From assembly GCA_027621365.1 (NCBI GenBank), contig JAQCBH010000003.1, positions 65,737 through 129,736 on the forward strand: a stretch of DNA of 64,000 bases. Reading direction: 5' to 3'. The notes under the pieces are model-generated. The model worked only from the letters and a program-made list of their open reading frames with translations, made no database searches and was not told where the DNA came from. The DNA comes from Bacteroidota bacterium. GTDB lineage: Bacteria > Bacteroidota > Bacteroidia > NS11-12g > UBA955. Both the position numbers and the translations under genes were made by a program. This document shows, piece by piece, positions 18,967 to 27,393 of the stretch; position 1 is the stretch's first letter, and the number at the start of each line of letters is the position of its first letter.

Positions 18967-19932
18967 ATGTTTGAAGAAACTCGGGGAAATAACAAGCCCA
19001 AGACGTCCATTGAAAACAAACGAAAGTCGAAAAAAGATTTTCGTGACAAGTATTTCATTAAGGACATCGAAAGCCTGACCGGAATTCGTGCTTACACCTT
19101 ACGCATTTGGGAACAGCGCTATGAGTTGTTGGTCCCAAAGCGAACCGATACGAACATTCGTTTTTACGAAGAAGACGATCTCAAATACTTGATGAACATA
19201 GCTTTGTTGAACCAACATGGTTATAAGATCAGCCGCATTGCCGGTATGAGTCGAGATGAGGTTCAGCGTCATACCTTGTTTTTGTCGGAGAACTCCAGTT
19301 CCAACCAAAGCCAAATTCAAGGTTTGACCCAAGCCATGATGAACTTTGAGGAACGCGAATTTACCAAAATCCTGACCTTTCACATCATGAAATCAGGAAT
19401 GGAAGATACCATGATGAACATAGTTTTTCCGTTCTTGAAGCACGTGGGAGTATTGTGGTTGAGTGGCAGCATTCACGTCGCACATGAGCACTTTATCACC
19501 AATTTGGTGAAACAAAGGTTGTACGCTTCTATTGATCAGTTGGCCGTTCTGCCCAGTGCCCGCGCAAAGAAATTCTTGCTCTTTTTGCCTAGCAATGAAA
19601 AACATGAATTACCCTTGTTGTTTGCCAATTACATGCTTCGTTCTCGCAGGCATCAAGTGGTTTATTTGGGTAGCTCTGTTATGATTGAAGATCTCTACCA
19701 GATCTACAAATTGCACGAACCTGATGCCGTTTTCACGGCGTTGACTACCACCAATCCCAAAGTGCCAGTTGAAGTCTTCGTGCAAACCTTGGTGCGTAAT
19801 TTCCCAGCTACCGACATTGTTCTCACGGGAAGTCAGGTACTCATGTCGAGAGATTTGAAACCTCATGACCAAGTTCATATTTTGTCCGATCCCCAAGACT
19901 TCATAGATCTGTTGGATTCTCGCTGGTCTTAA
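18967..19932 (+). CDS. MerR-family regulator with C-terminal B12-binding photoreceptor-like module (CarH/LitR-like)
   Basis: MerR HTH (IKDIESLTGIRAYTLRIWEQRYELLVPKRTDTNIRFYEEDDLKYL); C-terminal region carries W-x9-E-H (WLSGSIHVAHEH) and an E-x-H-x-x-[G/P] (NEKHELP) B12-binding-like motif; ORF-track start at 18958 is TTG, first ATG at 18967. Confidence 0.65.
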   Translation: MFEETRGNNKPKTSIENKRKSKKDFRDKYFIKDIESLTGIRAYTLRIWEQRYELLVPKRTDTNIRFYEEDDLKYLMNIALLNQHGYKISRIAGMSRDEVQRHTLFLSENSSSNQSQIQGLTQAMMNFEEREFTKILTFHIMKSGMEDTMMNIVFPFLKHVGVLWLSGSIHVAHEHFITNLVKQRLYASIDQLAVLPSARAKKFLLFLPSNEKHELPLLFANYMLRSRRHQVVYLGSSVMIEDLYQIYKLHEPDAVFTALTTTNPKVPVEVFVQTLVRNFPATDIVLTGSQVLMSRDLKPHDQVHILSDPQDFIDLLDSRWS

Positions 19933-19996
19933 GGGTTTAGTGCAGGCCGCCGAGTTAGTGGGTCCAAGGGGAATTGTTATTCTATTCGCATCCCTC

Positions 19997-21055
19997 TTAT
20001 TGGCTCCAATACCTCGTGATGTTCACTTCTTCAGGTAGTTCTGTTCCCTTGCAAATGAAATCAGCCATGACCGGTGCCAGCCAAGACACCAATGCAGAAC
20101 CCTTTGATCCCAATCCGTTGAACACATACAAGTGTTCGTGCTCGGGATGCCGACCCAAATAGGGTCTTCTAGAGCCTACGGTGGGGCGCACCGCTCGTTT
20201 GTGTTCCAATAAAACAGGGCGAATGCCCAACCAATCCGATACTCGGTTCAACAAATCTTCGGCATCTTGAGCTTCAGGGCTTTGGCTGCGGTTTCCCTTG
20301 TGGAAATTGCTGCCCATCAGCCATTCATTCGGAGAGTTTTGAATAGGAACCAACCATTCTTTGCTTTTCCAAATGGCTCGATTGGCTAAGATCCCTTCTG
20401 GAAGTTTCACCCGAAGAATATCGCCGCCCGTAGGGTGCATGGGAAGCCAATTCCAAACAGGGTCATCCATCATTTCAATGCCTTGGCAGTAAACCAGGTA
20501 CTGAACTTCTTGGCCATTTACTAGGCCGAGCGACTCTTTTAACGGATCGGCTTCAAATCGCGACTCAACCAGGCATCCCTTGACTTTGAAATGTTGACGG
20601 GTGGCTTTGCAGAAGGCCTGTACGTTCAAGCGGCCCGATTGCAAAACGCTGTGCCCGCTTTGGGCTGTGCTGGAGGCAGGCAAATCGTCGCTCAGAGGTC
20701 GAATGTAATCTTGGTAAACGCCTTTGCTCGCTTGCTTGTTCCATTCTCGTTCATGGTCCAGGTGGCGGTGCAGTTGATGGAGGGGAAGGGTCTCTGCGAA
20801 TGAACTCCCTAAATAGGCTTCCCAGTGCTGGTAATATTCCATCCATCCGGGAAACATCTTTTCCCAATTCCATGTCATGCGCACTCCTTTGGGAACAATG
20901 GGGTTGATCAAGCCTGCTGCAACATCGCTGCTGGACTGACGCTTGTCATCGTGCACCAAAAGGGGGAACCATCCGCGCTTTTCCAGTTCCAGCGCCAAAC
21001 TGCAGCCCGCTAGGCCGGCTCCAATGATGGCAATATGATCGGGCTTAGGGCTCAA
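19997..21055 (-). CDS. FAD-dependent oxidoreductase (DAO/MnmC-oxidase-like)
   Basis: N-terminal dinucleotide-binding IAIIGAGLAGCSLALEL; only in-frame start is TTG at 21055. Confidence 0.55.
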   Translation of the reverse strand: MSPKPDHIAIIGAGLAGCSLALELEKRGWFPLLVHDDKRQSSSDVAAGLINPIVPKGVRMTWNWEKMFPGWMEYYQHWEAYLGSSFAETLPLHQLHRHLDHEREWNKQASKGVYQDYIRPLSDDLPASSTAQSGHSVLQSGRLNVQAFCKATRQHFKVKGCLVESRFEADPLKESLGLVNGQEVQYLVYCQGIEMMDDPVWNWLPMHPTGGDILRVKLPEGILANRAIWKSKEWLVPIQNSPNEWLMGSNFHKGNRSQSPEAQDAEDLLNRVSDWLGIRPVLLEHKRAVRPTVGSRRPYLGRHPEHEHLYVFNGLGSKGSALVSWLAPVMADFICKGTELPEEVNITRYWSQ

Positions 21056-21078
21056 TGCTTATTTTAGCGCAAATTACC

Positions 21079-21699
21079 ATGAAATCGCGCATTCTCCTTG
21101 CTTCCCTAGTCTTGCTATCGCGAGTCCATGCCCAAAGCTCTCCTGAGTTTACCTTCCAGGTTCAGTGTTTGGGGTCCATGAGTCAAATCGATGGAGATGC
21201 GGCGGTGGGATACAGCAAGCCTGGGTTTACCTTGGGTGTCTGGGGAGGCTATGGTCGCTCGGAAAAGCGATGGGATTACAGCTTGGGATTTTCAGAGTTG
21301 GGTAGTTTGAGAGGCTTTGATCCCGACAATCCAGGTTTGACTCCTTTCCATATACACGCTCGCCAATTGGAGTTGGGGCTGCATCAAAGTCGAAATTTGG
21401 CTCGCTTCGGTCACCCCGAAACTCGGTGGTCGATTGGGATCGAGGCTACGCGATTGTTGAGAGCCTGGGAATCACAAGGCTATATGCCAAGGCTGCAAGA
21501 CGATTACAGAACCTGGGGTGCCATGGGCTCCTTGAGGGTTCATCACGGCATTCGAGAACACCTGAGTTTGGCAGCTTCTTGCGACTACAGCTTGTATTCG
21601 GTAGTCAACAACTCGGCTACTCGTTGGGTAGGTTGGGGATTGGCCCGTGGGGGTGCTTATTACAATCGGGTGCGTTTGGGTGTGTTGCTTCATCCCTAA
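21079..21699 (+). CDS. hypothetical secreted protein, probable small outer-membrane beta-barrel
   Basis: Signal peptide MKSRILLASLVLLSRVHAQ; alternating hydrophobic pattern, aromatic-rich C-terminus. Confidence 0.4.
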   Translation: MKSRILLASLVLLSRVHAQSSPEFTFQVQCLGSMSQIDGDAAVGYSKPGFTLGVWGGYGRSEKRWDYSLGFSELGSLRGFDPDNPGLTPFHIHARQLELGLHQSRNLARFGHPETRWSIGIEATRLLRAWESQGYMPRLQDDYRTWGAMGSLRVHHGIREHLSLAASCDYSLYSVVNNSATRWVGWGLARGGAYYNRVRLGVLLHP

Positions 21700-21715
21700 T
21701 CCTTAGATTCGCATC

Positions 21716-22165
21716 ATGAGTTGGAGCCGATTTCTTCTTGTTTTGCTGTGCATTTCTTGCCAATCGCCCAAGGTAGATCATTCCTTTGCGCCCTCTGATG
21801 CCTTGGATGTGATGCAAGATCAATTGGGTGCATGGAACAGAGGAGACATTGACGGCTTTATGGAAGGCTATTGGAAGAGCGATTCCCTTCAATTTCTAAC
21901 CTCTAGAGGGCTTCGTTTGGGCTGGGAGAAGGTGAGGCAAGGCTATCACAAGAGCTATCCGACCGCAGAAAAAATGGGTCGTTTGACCTTTGATTATGAG
22001 CGGGTTGAGTGGGCCGACGATCGCCAAGAAATGCTGTATGTGCTGGGGAAATGGCGGGTAAGAGAAAGTAATGACCCTCTTGATTCGGGCCACAGTGGCT
22101 GGTTCCATTTGACATTCAAAGGCTTTGAAGACGGTCCTCGAATTGTAGCCGACCATACATGGTAA
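21716..22165 (+). CDS. SnoaL/NTF2-like (DUF4440-like) lipoprotein
   Basis: Lipobox LLCISCQ; NTF2-like fold features (DGFMEGYWKSDSLQF). Confidence 0.45.
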   Translation: MSWSRFLLVLLCISCQSPKVDHSFAPSDALDVMQDQLGAWNRGDIDGFMEGYWKSDSLQFLTSRGLRLGWEKVRQGYHKSYPTAEKMGRLTFDYERVEWADDRQEMLYVLGKWRVRESNDPLDSGHSGWFHLTFKGFEDGPRIVADHTW

Positions 22166-23598
22166 ATCAAATCATTCAGCGAGCGGCCATGGGTTGGCGA
22201 CCCTTTCTGTGGCTCTTTCTGTTGCAGTTGGGATTGCATCTTCCACACCTGTTTAAGCCCGCTTCGGGCAATCATGTATGGCGACAGTGCAATAGCTTGG
22301 CTTTGGCCAAGAATTTCGCCGACGAATCGATGGACATACGGTACCCACGAATCGATAAGCGATACGGTAGCGATGGCATTTGTGGTCCTTCTTTTGTGGC
22401 TTACGAATACGGATTGGCTGTTCTCTACAAGGTGTTTGGCTTTCACGAAACCTTGTTCCGCGCCTGGAGTTTTTCCTTGTGTTTGGCGGTGGTGCTGGGT
22501 TGGTTCGTCTTTTTGACCCGCTTTTTCCCCAGAGACTACGCCCTGCTTGGAGCCGCCTCCTTGTTTGGGTTTCCCGAATTCTATTTTCACTCTATAGGAG
22601 CGATTCCGGATCTGTTGGGCCTGGCTGCTGCCATTTGGGGGCTGAATGCCATTGACCGCAACAAATGGTTCCTGGGTGTTTTGTTGCTGACGCTAGCCGC
22701 CGCGACCAAGCTGTATTTTTTGCTCGCTTGGGTCTACATAGGGGCACAGTGCTGGAATGAATCTCGCCATCGTGGGCGAAGCCTTGTTCTGGGATCCATA
22801 TCTGTTGTGCTAGCAGGGGCCTGGTATGTCTGGGCTTCCCATTTGAATGCCATTCATGGGCTCTGGGAATTCCTCAACGAAACCCGAATGGCCGACTCCC
22901 TGATGCAATCTCTTAGGCTATTGGGCCGTGATGTCTTTGTTCAGGCTCCCATTTGGTGGCTGGGGCCATTGATGTACCTCTCTTCTGCCCTCGGATTGTA
23001 CTACTCAGCGAAAAGCAAAAACCTTTTGTTTTTGGCTTTGACTACGGCTGGTCTGGGATTGTACTTCGCTCTTCAGAGACAATTTGAATGGCATGGCTAT
23101 TATACCCTGTTGTTTGTTCCCCTGTGGTCAGCGCTCTCCATGAAGGCGTGGGTGGAGCGAAAGCTAGCCCTGCGTTGGGTAGGAGTTTTGGTATTGGTTT
23201 CGATTGCTTGGTCCATCTCCCAAATGGAGCGAAATTTTTATGGAGAAAAGCGCCGAGTATCGACCACTCTGCTGGATGCCTCGACTCGGGATCAACGCGA
23301 AGCCTTATCGGCGCTAAAAAAAGTGTGGTTGGTGGGTCCCGATCAAACGGGTTGTGTGAGTTTTTACTACACCGGAGCTAAAGGGTACCCTTGGTACCGA
23401 CCAGATGAATCACGTGAACTCCTCGGTCCCTTTGCGCATGCCCAGTCGGGTGTGTTTGCTAAGCCTGTAGAAGGGATTGTGACCGATCAACCCGAAGAGG
23501 CGCGTCGTCTGGCGCGTGATCTAGGCTGGACCCTGGATAGCTTGGGTGCTGTCGGCGAGTTTGTTTGGTTTGGATTGCAAGTGCATTCAGCCGAATAG
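22159..23598 (+). CDS. polytopic membrane protein, putative GT-C fold (ArnT/PMT-like) glycosyltransferase
   Basis: 10 or more predicted TM helices with an early extracytoplasmic acidic loop (NFADESMD); overlaps the upstream gene by 7 nt. Confidence 0.4.
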   Translation: MVNQIIQRAAMGWRPFLWLFLLQLGLHLPHLFKPASGNHVWRQCNSLALAKNFADESMDIRYPRIDKRYGSDGICGPSFVAYEYGLAVLYKVFGFHETLFRAWSFSLCLAVVLGWFVFLTRFFPRDYALLGAASLFGFPEFYFHSIGAIPDLLGLAAAIWGLNAIDRNKWFLGVLLLTLAAATKLYFLLAWVYIGAQCWNESRHRGRSLVLGSISVVLAGAWYVWASHLNAIHGLWEFLNETRMADSLMQSLRLLGRDVFVQAPIWWLGPLMYLSSALGLYYSAKSKNLLFLALTTAGLGLYFALQRQFEWHGYYTLLFVPLWSALSMKAWVERKLALRWVGVLVLVSIAWSISQMERNFYGEKRRVSTTLLDASTRDQREALSALKKVWLVGPDQTGCVSFYYTGAKGYPWYRPDESRELLGPFAHAQSGVFAKPVEGIVTDQPEEARRLARDLGWTLDSLGAVGEFVWFGLQVHSAE

Positions 23599-23608
23599 CG
23601 AATGGGGC

Positions 23609-23636
23609 AAAAAAAAGCCCGTCGAAACGGGCTTTT
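23609..23636. terminator. bidirectional rho-independent terminator (A8-GCCCGTCGAAACGGGC-T4)
   Basis: GC-rich hairpin flanked by A-run and T-run, between convergent membrane-protein gene and rplS. Confidence 0.7.
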
Positions 23637-23656
23637 GGAGATTCTTTTGAATGTGA

Positions 23657-24004
23657 TTAGGAACGCTTTTCCTTGATACGGGCAGCTTTACCAATCTGGG
23701 TGCGCAAGTAGAAAATACGTGCACGACGAACTTTACCGCGGCGATTCACTTCTACCTTCTCGATGAAGGGGCTGTTGGTGGGGAAAATACGCTCTACACC
23801 GATGCCGTTTGAAATTTTACGAACGGTAAACGTTTCGTCAATACCAGAGTTACGGCGCTGGATAACGTCGCCTTGGTACTGCTGAATACGCTCTTTATTG
23901 CCTTCTTTGATCTTGTAAAATACCGTAACACGGTCTCCAGCTTTGAAGTCGGGAAGATCGGTGCGGATCATTTCGGCAGATAGGCTATTCACTATTGAGT
24001 TCAT
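23657..24004 (-). CDS. rplS: 50S ribosomal protein L19
   Basis: L19 signature ([33 protein letters not shown]...); start set to ATG at 24004. Confidence 0.9.
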   Translation of the reverse strand: MNSIVNSLSAEMIRTDLPDFKAGDRVTVFYKIKEGNKERIQQYQGDVIQRRNSGIDETFTVRKISNGIGVERIFPTNSPFIEKVEVNRRGKVRRARIFYLRTQIGKAARIKEKRS

Positions 24005-24111
24005 GACTTTAGTTCCAATTTGGGCTGCAAAAATAAGCAATAACCTTTGAAGATGTATGGCATTTTAGGGAATTGTTTCAAAAAATTCCTTTCTGTGTGT
24101 AGATTCGGGAG

Positions 24112-25128
24112 ATGATCCCCTCTGTACGATTCCGAAATTGGGCTTATGGCCTGAGTATGTTGCCTGCTTCGCTGGTGATTGTTGGCAATTGCAGCGGTTC
24201 TGTTTGGGTCTGGATGAATGTGGTCTTTAGCCTGGGTATTTTGGCCTTGTTGGAGAGTTGGCTTGGCGATAATGCCAACGATGATCACAGTGAATTTCGC
24301 GACACCTTGCCTAAGGTTTTGCTTTGGTCTCACGTGGCCTTGACAGCGGCTATGGTGGTGAGCTTGGGGTATTTGATTCTTTACAACAGTCCATCTTGGA
24401 TTGAGTTGACGGGCGCCATCTTGTCTACGGGATTGGCTTGCGGCAGTGGGGCCGTTGTGGTGGCTCATGAGCTCATACACAAGGCAGATAGAGCGTCTAA
24501 GTGGGCCGGACGTGGGCTTTTGCTTATAGTAGGGAATCCCTATTTCTCGGCGCATCACATTTTGGTTCACCACGTTCATGTGGGAACCCCAGAAGATTGC
24601 GTTACAGCCCGCAAAGGAGAAACCCTGTATGAGTACATTCCTCGTTCCATCATTGGGCAATACCGCCAGGCGAGAAAAGCCGAAATTTCACTTCAACAGA
24701 AGAAAACGGGAAGGGCCTCATGGCGGCGAAGCCATTTGATTCAAAACGTGATCATCAGTCTTGTGATTTTATCCTTGTTGGTGCTGTTGAAGCCTGTATT
24801 CGCCTTGGCTTGGCTGGGTGTTTCGTTCTTGGCGGCGACACTCTTGGAGTATGTCAATTATATTGAACATTACGGCCTAGAACGCCATCATTCAGATAGG
24901 GTCGGGCCCTTTCACAGTTGGAATAGCAACCGCAGCATTAGTCGCTTCTTGTTGTTTGATTTAAGTAGGCATGCCGACCACCATATGCATGCGTCAAAGC
25001 CTTACCACTGCTTGGAGTCTGGACTTTCGTCTCCCCAACTTCCCGGCGGATATGTGCAACTCTTATACCTAGCCATTCGCCCAACGAAATGGTTCAAAAC
25101 CGTCGATCCCTTGCTTCCTAATGAGTAG
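24112..25128 (+). CDS. AlkB-type alkane 1-monooxygenase / membrane fatty-acid-desaturase-like di-iron hydroxylase
   Basis: His boxes HELIHK, AHHILVHHVHVGTPEDCVTARKGE, NYIEHYGL, LSRHADHHMH match the AlkB family. Confidence 0.75.
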   Translation: MIPSVRFRNWAYGLSMLPASLVIVGNCSGSVWVWMNVVFSLGILALLESWLGDNANDDHSEFRDTLPKVLLWSHVALTAAMVVSLGYLILYNSPSWIELTGAILSTGLACGSGAVVVAHELIHKADRASKWAGRGLLLIVGNPYFSAHHILVHHVHVGTPEDCVTARKGETLYEYIPRSIIGQYRQARKAEISLQQKKTGRASWRRSHLIQNVIISLVILSLLVLLKPVFALAWLGVSFLAATLLEYVNYIEHYGLERHHSDRVGPFHSWNSNRSISRFLLFDLSRHADHHMHASKPYHCLESGLSSPQLPGGYVQLLYLAIRPTKWFKTVDPLLPNE

Positions 25129-25264
25129 GCAGACAGTGCGAGCTTGAAGGCCTTATTAGCACTCAATGGGCGCAATTCACAACGGGTGTTTTTAACTCTA
25201 GGGGTTGGACTGTGTCTTAAATAGGAATCGAATTGCATTTTCGTATCAAACCTGAACACACAGC

Positions 25265-25852
25265 ATGTCTGCACAAGCCCATAGCACATCCTTGCAAAAC
25301 CCCAACTGGGAGGCATTGTCTGACTCGGATTTGGTATTAGCCTTTAAGCAGTCGAATCATAAAGAGCCAGCCTTTCGCGAAGTCATTCGGCGGTACCAAA
25401 AAGTGGTGTATTACCACGTAAGGCATTTGCTTTTGAGCCATGATGATGCAGATGATGCGGCTCAGAATACCTTCATTCGAATCTGGGAGAACCTGGAAGA
25501 TTTCAGAGGGGAGTCCCAGCTGAAGTCATGGATTTACCGCATTTCGACCAACGAAGCCTTGAATGTGTTGCGCAAACGCAAGCCAAACATTGATTTTGAC
25601 GAAGCCCAGCCTGAAATGGCTGATCACCTGTCTGAACCGACGTACATGAATGAGCAGGGAATGGAAAAACAGCTTCAAAAAGCCCTTTGTTACTTGCCTT
25701 ACAAACAGAAATTGGTTTTTGTACTGCGCTATTTTGAAGACTTGGATTACGAACTCATTGGGGAATTGACTAATACCTCGGTTGGGGCATTAAAGTCCAG
25801 TTACCACCACGCTGTTAAAAAGCTGGAGATTTATTTAAAAGTATTGCGTTAA
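25265..25852 (+). CDS. RNA polymerase sigma-70 factor, ECF subfamily
   Basis: Region 2 (VVYYHVRHLL...DAAQNTFIRIWENLEDF) and region 4 (VFVLRYFEDLDYELIGELTNTSVGALKSSYHHAVKKL). Confidence 0.85.
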   Translation: MSAQAHSTSLQNPNWEALSDSDLVLAFKQSNHKEPAFREVIRRYQKVVYYHVRHLLLSHDDADDAAQNTFIRIWENLEDFRGESQLKSWIYRISTNEALNVLRKRKPNIDFDEAQPEMADHLSEPTYMNEQGMEKQLQKALCYLPYKQKLVFVLRYFEDLDYELIGELTNTSVGALKSSYHHAVKKLEIYLKVLR

Positions 25853-25888
25853 ATCTTTCGTCTCATCGATCATCTAAATCAAGAAGCC

Positions 25889-26893
25889 ATGTCCGCATTG
25901 GAACAACACAAAATAGATTCTCCTTTTAAAGCCGACGAAGGGTACTTCAATGAGTTTTTTAGAAGAGTGCAATCCCGAGTGGGAATTACACCTGAAGATT
26001 TGACTCACGGTTCGTCTCCTGTACAATCCAGTCAGGAAAAGCCGGTTAAGCTCCAATACACGGCTCAATTGAAGGTGGAATTTGGTCAAGTTCGCCCTGC
26101 TAAATCTGAAGAGAACACAAGGGTAGAGGAACCCAAGCCAATGAAGAAGATGGGCAAGGAGAATATCGAAAAAATCGAAATTGCCCCTATTCAAGTTGAG
26201 CCCAATCCCACCCCAACATGGAGGAATTTTGCAGCAGAATGGTCTCAAGAATCTGAAGAGACGACAGAAACCAATGAACCCGCAACACAGGCTAATTCGT
26301 CTCCCATTGCTCAAGAAGTTGAGCCGATCGAAGCGAAAAAATCTCCTGAGGATCAAGCCGTATCGACATTTGAGCCTGTGCCCATGTCTGTCATTCCCAA
26401 TGAGCAAGAATTGGCTCGTTTGAAATCAGAATTGGAAAAGCAGGAACAATACAGCCGTGTAGAAACCCAATCAGCCCCAACGCTACAACCCGCTTTTGCA
26501 CCCATTACGGGTTCCAATCGCTCCCAGATTTTGATGAATTCACTGGGTGCTGTGGCATCGCTAGTTGCCATATTCGCCGCATATTTCATATGGCAAGGCA
26601 TTCAGCGCCCTGTGACCATTGATGAGTATGTCGATACCTCATTGGCTAATCGGGGCATTGGCCCGGTGGCTACGCCGGTAGCACAAGCTGTGGCGGCTGA
26701 GGTTTCTGTTTCTACTGCTTTGGTAAATGCCATACTGGAAGAAGAATCCATGGTAGATAGGGGAAAGCCCAGCAATGTGATCAGCATTAAAGGTCTTTCT
26801 ACGAAAGGTCAACGCGCGGCCAAAGCCCTAGAGTCTTATGATTTGTGCGTATTTGATGATCCCAATCCATTCTTTGAAGAATCCATTTTTTAA
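25889..26893 (+). CDS. hypothetical single-pass membrane protein, candidate anti-sigma factor
   Basis: Directly downstream of the ECF sigma factor; acidic/Pro-rich low-complexity N-terminal half, one TM (ILMNSLGAVASLVAIFAAYFIWQGI), C-terminal extracytoplasmic domain; no recognisable ZAS motif. Confidence 0.35.
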   Translation: MSALEQHKIDSPFKADEGYFNEFFRRVQSRVGITPEDLTHGSSPVQSSQEKPVKLQYTAQLKVEFGQVRPAKSEENTRVEEPKPMKKMGKENIEKIEIAPIQVEPNPTPTWRNFAAEWSQESEETTETNEPATQANSSPIAQEVEPIEAKKSPEDQAVSTFEPVPMSVIPNEQELARLKSELEKQEQYSRVETQSAPTLQPAFAPITGSNRSQILMNSLGAVASLVAIFAAYFIWQGIQRPVTIDEYVDTSLANRGIGPVATPVAQAVAAEVSVSTALVNAILEEESMVDRGKPSNVISIKGLSTKGQRAAKALESYDLCVFDDPNPFFEESIF

Positions 26894-26894
26894 C

Positions 26895-27374
26895 ATGAAA
26901 CGATTCCTGCTTCTCAGCTATTTGTTCTTGATTGCCCCCATGGTTATGGCTCAGCCTGATTTGGACGAGACTGCTGAAATGGTTCAAGAACTTCAGGAAT
27001 TCAGACGCCATGAATTCACCCAGCGTTTGTCGCTCACGCCTTCTGAGGCAGAAGCCTTTTTTCCCATTTACGATCAATCACAATTGGAATTGAGACAAGC
27101 CAGAATGCAGTTTCGCAAAAAATGGGGGCACCGCGAATTGGGTACCTTGACCGAAGAAGAGGCCAAGGCCTATTATGCTGATGCAGTGGCCGTCAAACAG
27201 AAAGAGGTTGATATCCATGCCGCCTACACGCCCAAATTGGTTCCCATCATTGGGTACAAGCGAGTGATACTATTGCCGCAAACCGAGCGCGATGTAAGGG
27301 CTCAATTGCTTAAAAAAGCAAGAGGGATGGACCTATCTCCTGGTCCTGAAGGCCGCCCACCTCGCGGGCAATAG
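26895..27374 (+). CDS. periplasmic LTXXQ-motif (Spy/CpxP-like) family protein
   Basis: Signal peptide MKRFLLLSYLFLIAPMVMAQ, helical, LSLTPSEAEAF motif; 1-nt gap from upstream stop. Confidence 0.5.
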   Translation: MKRFLLLSYLFLIAPMVMAQPDLDETAEMVQELQEFRRHEFTQRLSLTPSEAEAFFPIYDQSQLELRQARMQFRKKWGHRELGTLTEEEAKAYYADAVAVKQKEVDIHAAYTPKLVPIIGYKRVILLPQTERDVRAQLLKKARGMDLSPGPEGRPPRGQ

Positions 27375-27378
27375 GCCT

Positions 27379-27386
27379 TATATTTG
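27379..27386 (+). promoter_or_regulatory. Bacteroidota-type -7 box TATATTTG, 7 nt upstream of the FAD-oxidoreductase start
   Basis: Matches TAnnTTTG consensus; implies a very short 5' UTR. Confidence 0.35.
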
Positions 27387-27393
27387 CTTCAAC

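Noticed and set aside
25129-25264. Possible ECF-type promoter (GGAAT ... CGTATC) upstream of the ECF sigma gene
   Set aside because: The spacer is only about 13 nt, which does not fit the 16-17 nt ECF architecture; not reported as a feature
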